Counted from the whole stretch's first letter, positions 1 to 13,102 are shown. The stretch is DNA of 62,732 nt, filler included, from Rhabdomonas costata (GCA_019059605.1; 48 parts of 48 records of this genome joined end to end with filler, not necessarily neighbours in it); one strand, 5' to 3'. The notes: generated from the sequence alone by a model not told the origin. Made by a program: numbers and translations.

Positions 1-8
1 GGTGTGGG

Positions 9-121
9 GGTGTCGCCTGAAGGCTGACATAGGCAGTTACAAGGCCCCCGCTGGGAAGCTCCGGCTCACAGGCAGAGAGCGGGGGCCTTGTAACTGCCTA
101 TGTCAGCCTTCAGGCGACACC
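9..121. repeat. Perfect 44-bp inverted repeat with 25-nt loop at a contig start, probably an amplification fold-back
   Basis: 9-52 (ggtgtcgcctgaagg...cccccgct) is the exact reverse complement of 78-121. Confidence 0.9.
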
Positions 122-1210
122 GCCCGCCGCGGTGGGGGGCAGCCCCGCCACAGCACTGCGGCTGTTTGCCGTGCCCCGTCCCGCAGAACCCACTGGTATG
201 CTCTGTGAAGCGACGGGCCCAATGGAAGTTGAGGGGGGAGTGGTAGCAGTTACCGCCATAGATCGTCACATCGGATTGGACTCGGATGAACTCAGGTGAG
301 TAGCACTGACAAGGGTTCTTTTTTGTTGGGGGGGATCTGGGAGTCAGCATCACCCAAGAATTCCAAGGCGGGAGTGGCTACAAAAGACACTGCCGGTCCC
401 ATCGTTCCCAATGGGGTTTAGGGAGAGTTCAGAATGATCAGCAATACTCATGATCATCATGATTAGCACTGCTGAACCATCATAGCCATCGCCCCCTCCC
501 ACCCAGATTAACACCGAGCGTCGCTCATCTCTGAGGGCGACGGTAACCACAGGTAACGGTCAGCAGTGGTAACAGTTTTTTCTATGGGAGCATATTTTAG
601 TCGTTCGAGGAACCCCAGATCACGCCCCGCCGCCGGCTCCGGCCGCGCCGCTGTCCAACTCGTCCATCCAGCAGTTGTTTTCAGCTGCTACGAAAAAGCC
701 ATATGGGGAGCACTCACTAGGTGTACCCCTCTACGGAAGAGAAAAGTTTTTGCTGGCTTTTGAAGGCAATTTTCGTTTACCGCTAGTAACGGTTGCGAAT
801 CCCCAACTTCCATTGGGCCGCAATGCTTACTGTTGAGATGACCCGTACCAGTTAATCGACAAAAGAAGTGTACAGTTGGGGGTGGAGGTGGGGTGGGGGG
901 CCGGCTTATGTCTATGGCTCTCAGCTACTGTGGAGCTCTCGGACTCCGCTGCGGTGCTGCGGGTGCCCCTGCCGGAGCTCAGCTTGGAGCACACCGGGGC
1001 CGTTGCGCTGCTGGTGGCTCAGGCCCTTCCCAAGAAAGACTCCTCTGGGGACTCCAAGAGCGGTTTCGTTCACACACGCACACACACGCCCGCACCCATT
1101 CGTTCTTCAATCAAGTTATTTTGCGAGGGGAAAGCCAGAAGCGGTTGGGAACAGCGCGATCGAAGAACGAATGGGTGCGGGCGTGTGTGTGCGTGTGTGA
1201 ACAAAACCAC

Positions 1211-1310
1211 NNNNNNNNNNNNNNNNNNNNNNNNNNNNNNNNNNNNNNNNNNNNTTAATTAATTAANNNNNNNNNNNNNNNNNNNNNNNNNNNNNNNNNN
1301 NNNNNNNNNN
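1211..1310. other. Artificial contig spacer N44-TTAATTAATTAA-N44 (first of 47; last at 61425-61524)
   Basis: Identical 100-nt block about every 1310 nt. TTAATTAATTAA gives stops in all six frames. Confidence 0.99.
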
Positions 1311-1327
1311 GGTTGGGGTGGTTGAAC

Positions 1328-2507
1328 CTGCGGGGTCGAAGAGGTAGTGCACGTTGCGGTTGACGAAGTCCGTGGGGAGTTTGCCGTAGATGTTGCGCGC
1401 GGTGGGGGAGGCATCCAGCCGCAGCATGTCTTGGATCTGTGCAGCGCCGAACCCAGACCCAACGATAGGAATGTGCGGGGAAAGCGGGAGGGGTAACCCC
1501 TACAAAGCAAATCAGACCAAACTCGCGCTGCGACACGTGGCTCAATCTAACAGAATCTAACAGAAAGCCCCAACATGTCGGTAACTCTGGCTAAAAGCCC
1601 CGCGCCAGGCTCCGGTGTCCGAGTTTTCCTCTGGAGTTCCACCCCAGAACTCAAGAACAGGCTGCTTAAATATTCTGCAACGGAAACTTGAAGAGGAGAA
1701 AATTTTCCTAGGGAAATGCACCTGGTGCTAACTGACGTATCAGTATAGCCAAAAGAAACAGCACATCTTCGCCGCGCTTTTTCAGAACACAAGATGCAGA
1801 TGCCAGAGGCGGAGGTGAGAGGACATGACGACAAAAACCGTGGGAACGGGCGAAAAAGTGGGGCGTTTTTGAACAAGGAGAGGCTGGGGAAGAGAGGTGA
1901 AGGAACTGAAGACGGAAGGGCTACAACGAATGACTAATATAGGACTGCACAGATCCGGGACTCAGAAGCAAACCGTAGACAGCTCTGTGCCGTGTGTGTG
2001 TGTGTGTGTGTGTTGGGCGCATTTGCGCGCTGGCTGTTGACTGGTTGACTGGTTGACTGGTTGGTGGTGACCACTGGGGACTGACTGGCGCACGCGCTGT
2101 TGGCCACGGGTGCTCGCGAGAGGTGCCGTTGGAGAGAACGGTGCCGTGGGGAACCGAAATCGGCTCACCACCGAACGTTCCACATCTGGTAACCTCCCTT
2201 CAGCCCCACGGGTCCCGGGCCATTGTCGCGCAACTGCTCTTTTCCACCGGCTACCTGCATTGCTCCATTGCGGCTCAGGTCTCTGCGATTCCACACTCCT
2301 TCCTTGGGGGGCTGGAGTCTTTTCTCGCGGGAACGCCCCTTGGAGCTTTTCTTTCGGATGGGTGAACGGGCAGCACCGGTATCTGCAGGCGTCGCCGTGC
2401 CAGCATCTCACCGTGTGTGTGTGTGTGCGGAGTGCTACCAGGTCCTCCCATTCTTTGCTGTCCATCTTGAAGTTCTGCGCCGCAACATGCAGCGGGGTGT
2501 TGGAATC
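1328..2507 (-). CDS. Ankyrin-repeat protein, two exons (2507-2439 and 1436-1328)
   Basis: GT-AG splicing gives DSNTPLHVAAQNFKMDSKEWEDL|IQDMLRLDASPTARNIYGKLPTD, with TPLH and ankyrin end motifs in frame. Confidence 0.75.
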
Positions 2508-3208
2508 CTGCTCACCCCCCCCCNNNNNNNNNNNNNNNNNNNNNNNNNNNNNNNNNNNNNNNNNNNNTTAATTAATTAANNNNNNNNNNNNNNNNNNNNN
2601 NNNNNNNNNNNNNNNNNNNNNNNGTGGTGGGTGTGTGTGGTTGGTGTTTTTGCTTTTTGCCTTCCGCTTCCATTGTTGGTTTGACTTTCTTTTCGGCAGA
2701 ATTTCTCTTTTGCACGGAAATTTCAGCCCAATTTTTGGTTCCATTGCCGTTGAAATTGAGGGTCGGGTTGCATTTTGGGACCCCGAATCCCCCACCTTTT
2801 CAGATCAAACGCCGACGACAGCACCCCAATTGGACTGACCCCACCCCACTCCACCACAAAAAAGTTTTTGAGCGAGTGCGGCAAGCGAGCGCAGGACTGA
2901 ACAGAACAGGACCAAGCGCGCGCGGACAAACCAACAGGCGACGGACAAGAGTCGAGAGCAATACCTTCACCGCAGAATTAAGCATACCCCAGCGCACAAG
3001 GCGGTTGTTTCCTCTCCTCTTGTTCGTCTCGCCCTCGTTTGATTGCTTTGTTCATCCACCGTTGTCAGTTGCATCGGTCCATCGCAAAGCATCGTTGAAT
3101 CAAAGCACAGTTGTCACAGTAGCCTCCACGTTCCCTCAGCCGTTTCATCGATCTCCATGACAACGTCTCGACGAAATTCGGACTCTCCTCCGAGACCAAT
3201 TCCTCTCC

Positions 3209-3660
3209 ATGACCAATGCTTTGGAGACGAGCAATGCCCAGAATCGGGAATTTCAATCAGAACTCCTCGGATTTGCTCAAGCAATCTCAGAGTCGATAAC
3301 AGGCGGTCCGCAGCCGACAATTAACAGATCATATGCGGGCCCACATCACCCGACAGCTGGAATGAAAGCAGAAAAGGACCGGCACTTTCCCGAGTTGGAT
3401 GGCAACCGGAAATGAATTCTCCAGTGGTTGCATCAAGTCGAACAGATCAAACAAACCCAAGCAGATGCCGCACCAGGTTGCAGTCCGGTACGTCCGACAT
3501 GCCATTGGGGTAGGCGCATATGGCCATTTCGACGAATTACCAATCATAAACTGGGCTGATTTTGTGCAAATGCTGCGGTACAGATTCCTTCCATCGGACA
3601 TCGAGACACGACTACTTTCGGAAATATATCAACTCTAGATCTCAAACGGAGATTTAAATC
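3209..3660 (+). mobile_element. Decayed LTR-retrotransposon (Ty3/gypsy-like) gag
   Basis: FPELDGNRK*ILQWLHQVEQ, then a frameshift to NWADFVQMLRYRFLPSDIETRLLSEIYQL*. Matches a Retrotrans_gag pattern with stops. Confidence 0.65.
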
Positions 3661-4675
3661 TTTCAAACGATTCAACCTATGGCAACAGCAAACGTCAGAG
3701 AAGGCCCCACTACGTTACTCACTTGAGTTTTGTGAAAGCTTTTGTCGTACGAGTCGAAGAATTCAACCAGCTTACACAAGACAAAGGTGAACCCGAGGGC
3801 CGGTCACCCTCGGACATCATCTCAGGACCCCAANNNNNNNNNNNNNNNNNNNNNNNNNNNNNNNNNNNNNNNNNNNNTTAATTAATTAANNNNNNNNNNN
3901 NNNNNNNNNNNNNNNNNNNNNNNNNNNNNNNNNATAGGGTAGCAAGGCGCGACTCGAGGGTGTCCATTCGAGCGTCCACCCGCTGCAGGATAAGGGCCAG
4001 CCAAGGCGGCGGGGCATCGGGCATGGATTGGTCGGCCATCAGGTGCGTGTGTGTGTTGTTTACAGATGTGAAGATATAAAGCGGCTGTGAGAGACACCCG
4101 AAGTGCTTTGGGGACGGGCAAAACGTCAGTTGTTAAAAAAAACTTGCTGCTGGTAACCGTTGCATCCCGTCAGGAGGATCAGACGGCGAGCGTGAGATTA
4201 CGAGAAAACTGGTGCCATCCCTTTTAAATGGGCTCAAGTTTTTGGGGTCCCGTTTTTTATTTGGTCGCTTGGTGACCTTAAGAGCTAAGCGGATCCTATC
4301 GTCTTTCCTGGTCTTCTCTAAGCGACGCCACGCCGTCACGTTTCTTCCCTTCTCTGACTTCACAAGCCACTTACCTCCTCACACCTCACACACATCTAAT
4401 CTAAGAGAGAACCCACTGACTTTTTTCAGAGATTCACAGATTCAAAGATGAGAATGGCCCACAAAATTCGGCCTCAAGCGTGACCCAGTAGCGAAGAACT
4501 TGACGAAGAGCGTTCAAAGCAACCACAGAGGTGTTGCCTTGTCGCTGATAACCCAACCACTCTGTTCTTGGGTCAAACGTCAGTCACTCCAACAGTGCAT
4601 GAAAGTTCATCTGCTCAGTCCAGAGTTCAACCCCATCACCCTCACTTGCACGCACTTTCTCGCCGTCTTTTGCAG

Positions 4676-5140
4676 ATGCCTCGGTGAGATTGACGAACTA
4701 CCTGCTCTGTACCATTTGTGGGGGCACCACCGACGACACCCCGGAGTTCCACCTCCGGGCATGCCCCAATACGGAAGCTCTCACTCCCGAGATGCTGTCT
4801 AACCCAAGAGCTCTCTTTCAGACCCTAAGCGCGGCGGACTTAGTCCGGATTGCCACCGCCCATCAGCCCAAGGATGAATCCATACCTGTTCGTCCCTTTG
4901 CGACGTGTTACACCCTGGAGAGTCCACTGTACCACCGCTGCAACTTTCTGTGCCGCAACATCCACCTCCCCGCTTGCGTGGATGAGTACCGTAGCCGAGC
5001 CCGGCTTTTCGTGGGAAATTTGGATCGGGAGTTGCAGGCGTTGCCGCCCTTCGTGGGGACCGTGTTCCGCGGGGTGAGGGCGCGGCTGCCCCCCTCCATG
5101 TTCACCCCAGGTATGATCGTGACGTGGCCGTCGCCCAACA
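4676..5140 (+). CDS. NAD:arginine-type ADP-ribosyltransferase (ART) domain exon, partial, with N-terminal Cys/His motif
   Basis: YTLESPLYHRCN...LQALPPFVGTVFRG...GMIVTWPS. Acceptor ttgcag at 4675. CTIC...HLRAC motif upstream. Confidence 0.75.
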
Positions 5141-6553
5141 CAANNNNNNNNNNNNNNNNNNNNNNNNNNNNNNNNNNNNNNNNNNNNTTAATTAATTAAN
5201 NNNNNNNNNNNNNNNNNNNNNNNNNNNNNNNNNNNNNNNNNNNGGGTGTGTGGTGGTCAACCTTGGTGTACAGCCAGAGACCACACAGCAGGCTCCAGGA
5301 GTTTACTTGCTGGCATTGGGTTTAAGCACAAGTATCCAAAGGCGCAGAAGCGCACACTTTTCACACACAAACGTTGTGACTGCGCAGGTGCTAAGGGCTG
5401 TCTGTCATGCATTAAAAAAGTGCTTTGGGGTTTGCAATGCGAAAAGCTGAAAATAAAGGTAGCTCACTGGGAAATGGGAAACACAAAATGGGCGGTCGAA
5501 TAACTGGATTTGCGTTGAGGTGCACCAACCCTCTCTGCTCCCCAAGAGACAGCGTGGATTCTGGGGAGCACCAGACAGCTCCAGGAGGGTCAGATATAGT
5601 CACAACAATTGTCTTCTGGGAATATCCCAGAATGTTACGGTCAGCGAACCAAACGCTCAGAAAAGTTCCAAATGTCGGGGTCGCGAACGAACAGAGTGGT
5701 CGACCCCATCCCCCCCTGCCTTCTCCCGCAGGTCGATCAAAGGATGCGACTTGCTGAAGGAGTATCTCTGGAGATCCATTCGACTGAAAACTGAACCATG
5801 CTGACTGGACGCAGAAAAAATCGAAGAGACGATGGCGCGGACGGCAACAGCCGCAGGCACGTCGATTCGGCAGAAGGTCAAAGTTCTGGAAAAGACAAAA
5901 AAAATCCAAAGAACAATTCAGCCTGTCATACGGAAAAAAAACGGAGGTGCACCTCAATGAAACGGCAAGCAGAAAATATTCTTTCCCGTCATGTCAACAA
6001 AACAGAAATGGAAAAAAGGGAGAAACATAGGAAAACACTTCGAACTTATAGGAACTCAATACTGCGCATAAAGCATGTGTTTCAAACACAGTTCCCCGTT
6101 CAAACCCCCAAAAACCGGAATCGCTCTTTCAGTGAAGGAGATTTCCTCGTGCTGTGTCCATAATGCCAGAAACGGTACGTCAAACCAGTGACGAAAGGCA
6201 TTAATAAAATAAAATAGTAACAGTTCGATCGCTTGAACTGGCGTGAGCGCAGAAACACCAAACGAGCTCACCTTTACATTGTTTGGGAGAATGCGGGGGT
6301 CACAGTTCCCAGGCTGGTGGTTCCACCTGAATGAAGAAGAAGCGAAGAAACAAGCTGAAAGACAAAGATAGGGGAGCTGGAGATCCGTAAGACTGTAAAA
6401 AAATGAATACCAAAGGTTGACGTTGGACCCGTGAAAGAGCCAGAGTACACCAANNNNNNNNNNNNNNNNNNNNNNNNNNNNNNNNNNNNNNNNNNNNTTA
6501 ATTAATTAANNNNNNNNNNNNNNNNNNNNNNNNNNNNNNNNNNNNNNNNNNNN

Positions 6554-6737
6554 CGGGGAAGAAGTTGGGCAGATCCTTTGCGGCGTTGACGACGTGGGTC
6601 ACCCCAAGAGACTTCAAAAGGCTCTGCGAGGATGCCGCATCCACGCTTCCCAGGTAGAGCTTTCCGGGGAGAATGGCGTCCACGGCACGCATCTGGAGTC
6701 GTCCTGCGAACATCGGGCTCATGCCATTGGAGCACAT
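6554..6737 (-). CDS. Dual-specificity protein phosphatase, N-terminal part
   Basis: ILPGKLYLGSVDAA...LGVTHVVNAAKDLPNFFP. Truncated by the contig edge before the catalytic CX5R. Confidence 0.85.
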
Positions 6738-8404
6738 GGTCCGCGAGGAAGGCAACAAAACAAAAAGGTCAACGACCGCTTGCAGACACAGATGGCGGAG
6801 AAAACAAGGTGAGAACAAGCCTAGAACTCCGCCCAAGGGCATCCAGATGGAGGTGAGAGTATTTGCTGCCACGCTAAATGTAGTTCGGTTTGCCTCAAGT
6901 CCCCAAGAGGTTCTGCGTGCCTAAGCGTGTATCAAGAAACCCAAAATCCCGTGGGACTGGCACTGCGCCGGAAACGACTTCGCCTTGAAAAGCATGACCC
7001 CCAGCCCTCCTCCAAAGTCCAATGAAGATCAGAAAATATTGAACAACTTAGAAGTTACGGGGCTGGGCTGGTGAAAGGTACTGAGTTGCTGCAAAACCCA
7101 TACAAACAAACCACATGCACACAACCACACACACACACCAAAGCAAAGGGAAGGCCTCTGCGAGACGATACAGCGGATACAGCGGTAACGTCTTCGGCAG
7201 GGAGAGCAAAGAAATAGCCGTGGGAAGAGATCTTGCAAAGGGAACCACATCACACGGGGGCCCCAAGGGCGAAGGGCACCAGACAACGAAAGAAGAAAGA
7301 AAGAGCAATACCAGCGTCCAAGGATCATCTCCACGGAAAGACCCCATCCAGGGTACACGGCCAGCGCAGAACCGAGGCCATACATACCGGGATTTGTCAC
7401 ACCGCTCACAGTCGAGGGGGTGTCCGTCTAACGGGCACATGAGCAGCACGGGGACTGTTTTCTTTTTCCTTTTTCGGTTTCGGTGGTGAGAAACGGACCC
7501 ACTTCAAAAGAAAGAAGAAATCGAAACCCCAAAACTCACGCTGAACATAAAAAGCGATAAATTAATCCACGCAGTCCTCTCTCCAAACCTGACAATCACA
7601 AGAACTGCCCGTTCGCAAGCCCCGCTGCGGGCGGCAAGGAACACCTCACAGGTCGGTGCTCGTCACGGCAAAGCTTGGCCGGAGGCTTTCAAATGCCCCT
7701 TGGCTTTGCTTCGCCAGAGTTACCCCCATGGGCGGTTCAGCAATTCGATGAGGAACCACCCCCNNNNNNNNNNNNNNNNNNNNNNNNNNNNNNNNNNNNN
7801 NNNNNNNTTAATTAATTAANNNNNNNNNNNNNNNNNNNNNNNNNNNNNNNNNNNNNNNNNNNNTTTGTTTGTTTGGCTGTCATCCGGTCACCAGTGGAAG
7901 ACGTGGAATTCGTTGAAGTTGGAATCATGGAACGCCCATTAAGTGCGTCCAGGCACTCCAAGTTGAGCTATTCAATGGAATCTACCGACTCATGATCTTT
8001 TCGAGTCTTTTCGAGTCATCCATAACCGTGGAGCCGTGCCCTGACACACTCGCTGAAAGCCCATTCTTTTTACTCGGATGCATCACAGTAGCGTGTGAGC
8101 TTTCAAGGGACTACTCGCTTTGGAATGCCGCACTCTTCTTCGCTCTGCCCAGGCGCGAGATCTGGTCAGAGTTTCTGCAACCGTACTTATTGGCGTTTTT
8201 CTTGAACCCGTTGAGATTTTATGCAATTTAATTCCGATCGCATTCTCTCCTGTTTGTCTTCCACCATTTTCGAAAGAAAAACAGGTTGGGCAAAAAGTAA
8301 AGATAATTTCTTTGGTACCAAAAATCAGAGCATGCCCACACAAGCGGGGGTGCCATTAGTGAAAGATAACGTGTGAGTGTGGGTTTTGGGTTCGTTGGGG
8401 TAAG

Positions 8405-8537
8405 GTGTTGGAGCCCACGATGGTGGCGTACTTCAGTGCGGCGGAGCCCTCGGGGCAGGAGGCCAGCGGTGGGCTCGGCGCGGGGTTGAGGGTACGTCAT
8501 GTCAGCTGCGGGCAGGCCCACACCTTGGTCACCACAG
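8405..8537 (+). CDS. RCC1-repeat protein exon
   Basis: EPTMV...VRHVSCGQAHTLVTT. GC-rich, bounded by AG and GT. Confidence 0.65.
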
Positions 8538-10092
8538 GTCTGTGGCTCCACCCCGCGAAACAACGTGCGCGAACGCACACGTTGGTGGGCTGTCATCTAA
8601 CATCAATTCGATTTCTTTTGCCGAGTGCAGCAACGCGTAAAAAGTCCCAATAATGGCCTCCAGAACGGCACAAAGTTCCCGCCCACTGCGATGTCAGCAT
8701 GAAGAACCCCTCCAGATGCCATAACTGGGCGCGGAGACAGTAGAGATGCAGCCAGAAATACGCAACTCAGGAGAACTGAGGCCCCTGCGTACCCCTTTGG
8801 GTGTTTGGAGCGTTGTCGGTGCCTCGCTTCATGCTGGACTTGACGACCGTTGAGATAGGATGTTCACCTTGCACATTCGTACACACGTACACACGCTTGC
8901 CAAATACACCGGAGACTGCACACCTCTCAATGACTTTTCTTGCGGGAAGATTTTTTGTTTTCGTTTGTCTGCTTGCCATTAGTATGTGGGTCCGAGGAGG
9001 TTTTAGGATGGACCGCAATGTCTCTCGAGGTGCGTGCGAATCTGGCAGGCGTTTCCGCTAGCGTATTCACCACANNNNNNNNNNNNNNNNNNNNNNNNNN
9101 NNNNNNNNNNNNNNNNNNTTAATTAATTAANNNNNNNNNNNNNNNNNNNNNNNNNNNNNNNNNNNNNNNNNNNNGGTTTTTTTTGGAAGCGACCGCAGGG
9201 AAGACGGAAAAGTTACAAGCCCCAAACCAGCCACGCCGTTAGCACAGCCACAGAGATTATCAACAACGAATCTAAACTTTCACATCGCTCGCGACACATC
9301 AGAGAGAAAAAGCGCAGAAGGGAGATTTTGTTGGGTATCCCAGTGCAGCCTTTTCCTTCAGGGGAAAGATGGAGCAGCAAAGCAAACGGCGTGGTACGGT
9401 AGACTGCCATCAGAGTTTCACAGATTTATATATGGTCCGTGTCACCTCAAAAAGTCAGAGGCGAAAAAATGCACTCTGAATCAGGCACTTTCGGTCTCAG
9501 AAGCGAGAAAGGGGGAGCGAAAAAAGCTTGATCTTGCCTGGAGGCGTTTTTGCTTCTTTCTTTCGTTTTGGCCTGTTCTTTGTGTGTCTACCCCCTACCT
9601 CTCACTTTTGAGATGACGCAGGCCACTGAAGCAGAAAGCGTACGCAAAAAAAAATAGGACACCGTGGAGGCCCCGGCAGCTTTGGAAGTTATGGGGGACG
9701 GAGCCGGCGACGATGGAGAAGAGGGAGGAGAAAACAAAACAGGGCCACCGCCACCGTAATCAGCAGCAGCGGACAGGACCTGTGTGCAGAAATTTAGAGC
9801 ACGGACCCCCCCCCCCAAAAAAAAGAAGACGGCAGACCCCAAAGTACGGCCAAGAGAAGGCTGGGCACTCTCTTCTGCTTCCTATACAAAGAACGCACCG
9901 TTAAACACAGCAAACCATGTGGAGTCACATGGACACACCGCTGAGGATCTGTCAGATTTGGCAACGATGGCCGAGGGGAGGGACTGTGGGGGAGGACGAG
10001 TAGGAATGCGGCCGCAAGCACCACCACCACCACCATCACCCCAGAAGAAAGAGCACACATACACACGCAGCTCCACAAGCAATTCCGCAGAC

Positions 10093-10272
10093 CTTCAGCC
10101 TGGCAATGCCCGCTGGAGAGTGAGGCAGCAACTGTCTCACGATGGACCCCGGGGAAGGTTCGCCCTGCGGCTTGGGCGTGGAGGAGACTCTCATCCCCAC
10201 GAGCATCGGGTCGTGCATCCAGACGCTAAGCGCGTGCATCGTGTACGGCTGGCGGAGCTGATATAACATCCT
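10093..10272 (-). CDS. Probable internal exon, unknown protein
   Basis: 180-nt GC-rich open frame bounded by ttctag and gtctgc. Confidence 0.4.
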
Positions 10273-10899
10273 CTAGAACTTATTGGACAAACTTATCGGG
10301 CGAATACGTATGAAAAATCTTCATTTTTTTCCAACAGTGAGACTCGATGTGAAATTTAACAAACGTTTTTCTTCATGGCGTCNNNNNNNNNNNNNNNNNN
10401 NNNNNNNNNNNNNNNNNNNNNNNNNNTTAATTAATTAANNNNNNNNNNNNNNNNNNNNNNNNNNNNNNNNNNNNNNNNNNNNGCGGAAAGAAAAATCAGA
10501 CCAGGAACGAAGCAAACCAGACAGCTACCCACCAGGCAGGTGACAAAGCAAGGACTGCACGCCAAAAGCCTGAACAACGTCCACCTGCTGATAACTCGGT
10601 TAAAAAAATCCCAGGCAATATCACTCAAAAAGTGAGAATGCCACATGATAGCGAAGCAAATGACGGACGGCATCGACAACGCGGAAAACCACAAGCGAGC
10701 AAGCACCGTGCCAAAGCAGAAGGAATATATTTGCAAGAAGTTCACGAAAGCTTTTCGCCCGCTGGGCGAGGAAGCAAGGCCGCCACGAGAGAGTTTCAGA
10801 GAGCGCCGCACTGCAAGCGGGAACGCTGGCCCAATATGTGTGGCAACCATTAAGCACCTCTGTGAGACCACGGAGGTGACTGAGGAATTCTACGGGTGG

Positions 10900-11690
10900 C
10901 TACTTCCTCATCCACAGCACTGCCAGCGGGTGCAGGGCCTGCGTCTCGGCGCTGACCAGCTCGAGATACTCCACTTCTTCCACGGGGGCGGCCTGAAACC
11001 CGTACCGCATCGCCACCCCCGCGACATGAGTGTCCACCGCGCCGTTGAGCAGCGGCCTCCCAAAGAACCGGGAGCGGCTGTGCAGGGCGCCTGGGGCGGG
11101 GTAGTCCCGGGCCCTGGTCACGGGGTAGGCCAGTCCAACCACAGCAGCAAACACAACCACGGGCCAGCATCCCTCGGGGCTGGCAGGCCGGAGGCCCTCC
11201 TCAGCAAGCTCCCCACAGGCATACTGTGCGGCGTACTCCAAGCTGGGGGTGGTGTAACAACCGTACCTGAGAAGAATGAAACCATTGCGACGGATGAAGA
11301 AGACTGAGAATACAAAAGCTCGGGAAAGCGGAGGCGTTTTCCCTTCTAATAGTTAACTTTTTATGTGAACCTTTTGTGCAATTGGGCAGAAAGTCGAATG
11401 TTGCATTTTTCGTCAAGGTTATGCTCTTACCCGACGACTGTTATAAACCAAACTACTTCAGCCGGCAACTGTTCCAATAGCGCACCCGAAAAACCCGCGG
11501 TCTTCGCGGCAGTACTTCTGCAGCCCCGCGCTGACGATGTCCTCGACGCAGTCCGCTCGAGTGCCGTGAAAAGTTAGCAACACGTTCGCACGGCGGTGCT
11601 CCTGCCGCGTCACAAACATGGCCTTCAGCTCGCCTGTGACCCGAAGCATCTCCGGGGAAGCGTTGACCGCGCTCTCCGCCTCACTAACCT
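10900..11690 (-). CDS. PARP-like catalytic domain, last two exons (11690-11486 and 11266-10900)
   Basis: Spliced LTFHGT...DRGFFG|YGCYTTPSLEYAAQYA...EYLELVS...HPLAVLWMRK*. Phase-consistent GT-AG intron 11267-11485. Confidence 0.8.
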
Positions 11691-11950
11691 CANNNNNNNN
11701 NNNNNNNNNNNNNNNNNNNNNNNNNNNNNNNNNNNNTTAATTAATTAANNNNNNNNNNNNNNNNNNNNNNNNNNNNNNNNNNNNNNNNNNNNTTTTGTTG
11801 GTCAGGTTTTAGACGCCTCGGAGAAGAGTTTGTCACGTTTAGGGACTGACCAAAGGAGGGCTTTCGTCGGTTTTTTTCTTCGTGATACAACCGGCATCTT
11901 CGTTCTGGATTCGGTTCGTGCATGTGTTTCGGTTGGCTGCTGGCAGGCAG

Positions 11951-12121
11951 TAGGCTGCACTTCCAGCAGTGGGCTGTGGCGGAGCTGCCTTCCAGCGTGG
12001 GGCGGTTTATGCACGCGCTGCGGGGCCATTTCACTGGCCACCAGAAGCCTTACGTGTTGGTGCAGCCCTTCCTCGAGGGCCTGGCCAGCGCCGAACTCCG
12101 GCTGTACTACGTCCAGCGGAG
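11951..12121 (+). CDS. ATP-grasp-like exon
   Basis: YVLVQPFLEGLASAELRLYYV resembles the ATP-grasp Q.F/L...E.R segment. AG and GT boundaries. Confidence 0.5.
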
Positions 12122-12519
12122 GTGTTGTCGTGATTTCGGAGTTGAGCCACCCTGCATGTGGGCATTGTGTTGGTTCCAGTCGCCGAGTGGGTGGCACATT
12201 CTTGTGAACCTGCAAGTCCCTGTGATGGCGCAATTTACAGCTGGAATTAGGTGTAGGTTTGCACCAGTGGGCTATACGTGCCATGTCTGTTCTGACAAAT
12301 CGCCCTTCCGCACCGGAGGTGTTTGTCGATCATTGTCGGATGCAGCAGGTGCTGCGTGATTGATGGTACAGCCTGGACTCGACAATCTGACAACTTCTCA
12401 TGGTAAAATGGTACTTTCGGTGTCCGTATTCCCCTTTTCCGACCCCGTCCCCCCGTGGGACTAGTTGTCAAGGCAGCTCTTTGACTTTGACTCCTCAATG
12501 GAGTGGTGTCGAGCACAGG

Positions 12520-12665
12520 CAGGGAACACGGTACAGGGGCAGTGGAGTGAGCCGGCCGCTTCACTCGGGCCAGGGCCTCGGCGAGGACCTCCACCACCTC
12601 CTCCGTGAGGTTGTACTCCGGCATCAGGTCGGCGTCAATCATCTCCACCTCGTTGATGAAGTACT
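12520..12665 (-). CDS. ATP-grasp-like C-terminal exon (3' end uncertain)
   Basis: EYFINEVEMIDADLMPEY...VLAEALAR resembles the ATP-grasp NExE segment. Acceptor cag at 12668-12666. Confidence 0.45.
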
Positions 12666-13102
12666 CTGACCACACGCAAACCAGTTCACGTCACGTCACC
12701 TCACGTCACGCATGTATGCACGCGCCAAAAATACACACATGCTCACCCAAGATCACCACACATACCAATCATCCCGAAAGACGAAGTGGGTAAGGTCAAC
12801 ACCAAAGCACTACGCTGAGGATGAACGCAAACCACTGCAAAGCTCATGCATCTGTTTCCATGAGGTTGCACATTACCCCATTGCCCCATAAGGGTTTAAC
12901 GCAAGCAAGAAAATCTCTGTCAGGTTAGGGCTGTTTCTAGCCTTCTGAGATGAAAAACTCAAAGAAAGCAGGGGGCGCGCCTCCACCTCCGAGAGCAGAC
13001 GCNNNNNNNNNNNNNNNNNNNNNNNNNNNNNNNNNNNNNNNNNNNNTTAATTAATTAANNNNNNNNNNNNNNNNNNNNNNNNNNNNNNNNNNNNNNNNNN
13101 NN

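Noticed and set aside
9..121. Structured ncRNA or MITE
   Set aside because: Perfect arms abutting a contig edge fit a fold-back artefact better. The same applies to 36456-36553 and 23288-23467.
5380..5804. LKEYLWR resembling a Merlin C-terminus
   Set aside because: The catalytic motifs are not recoverable, so the match is too weak.
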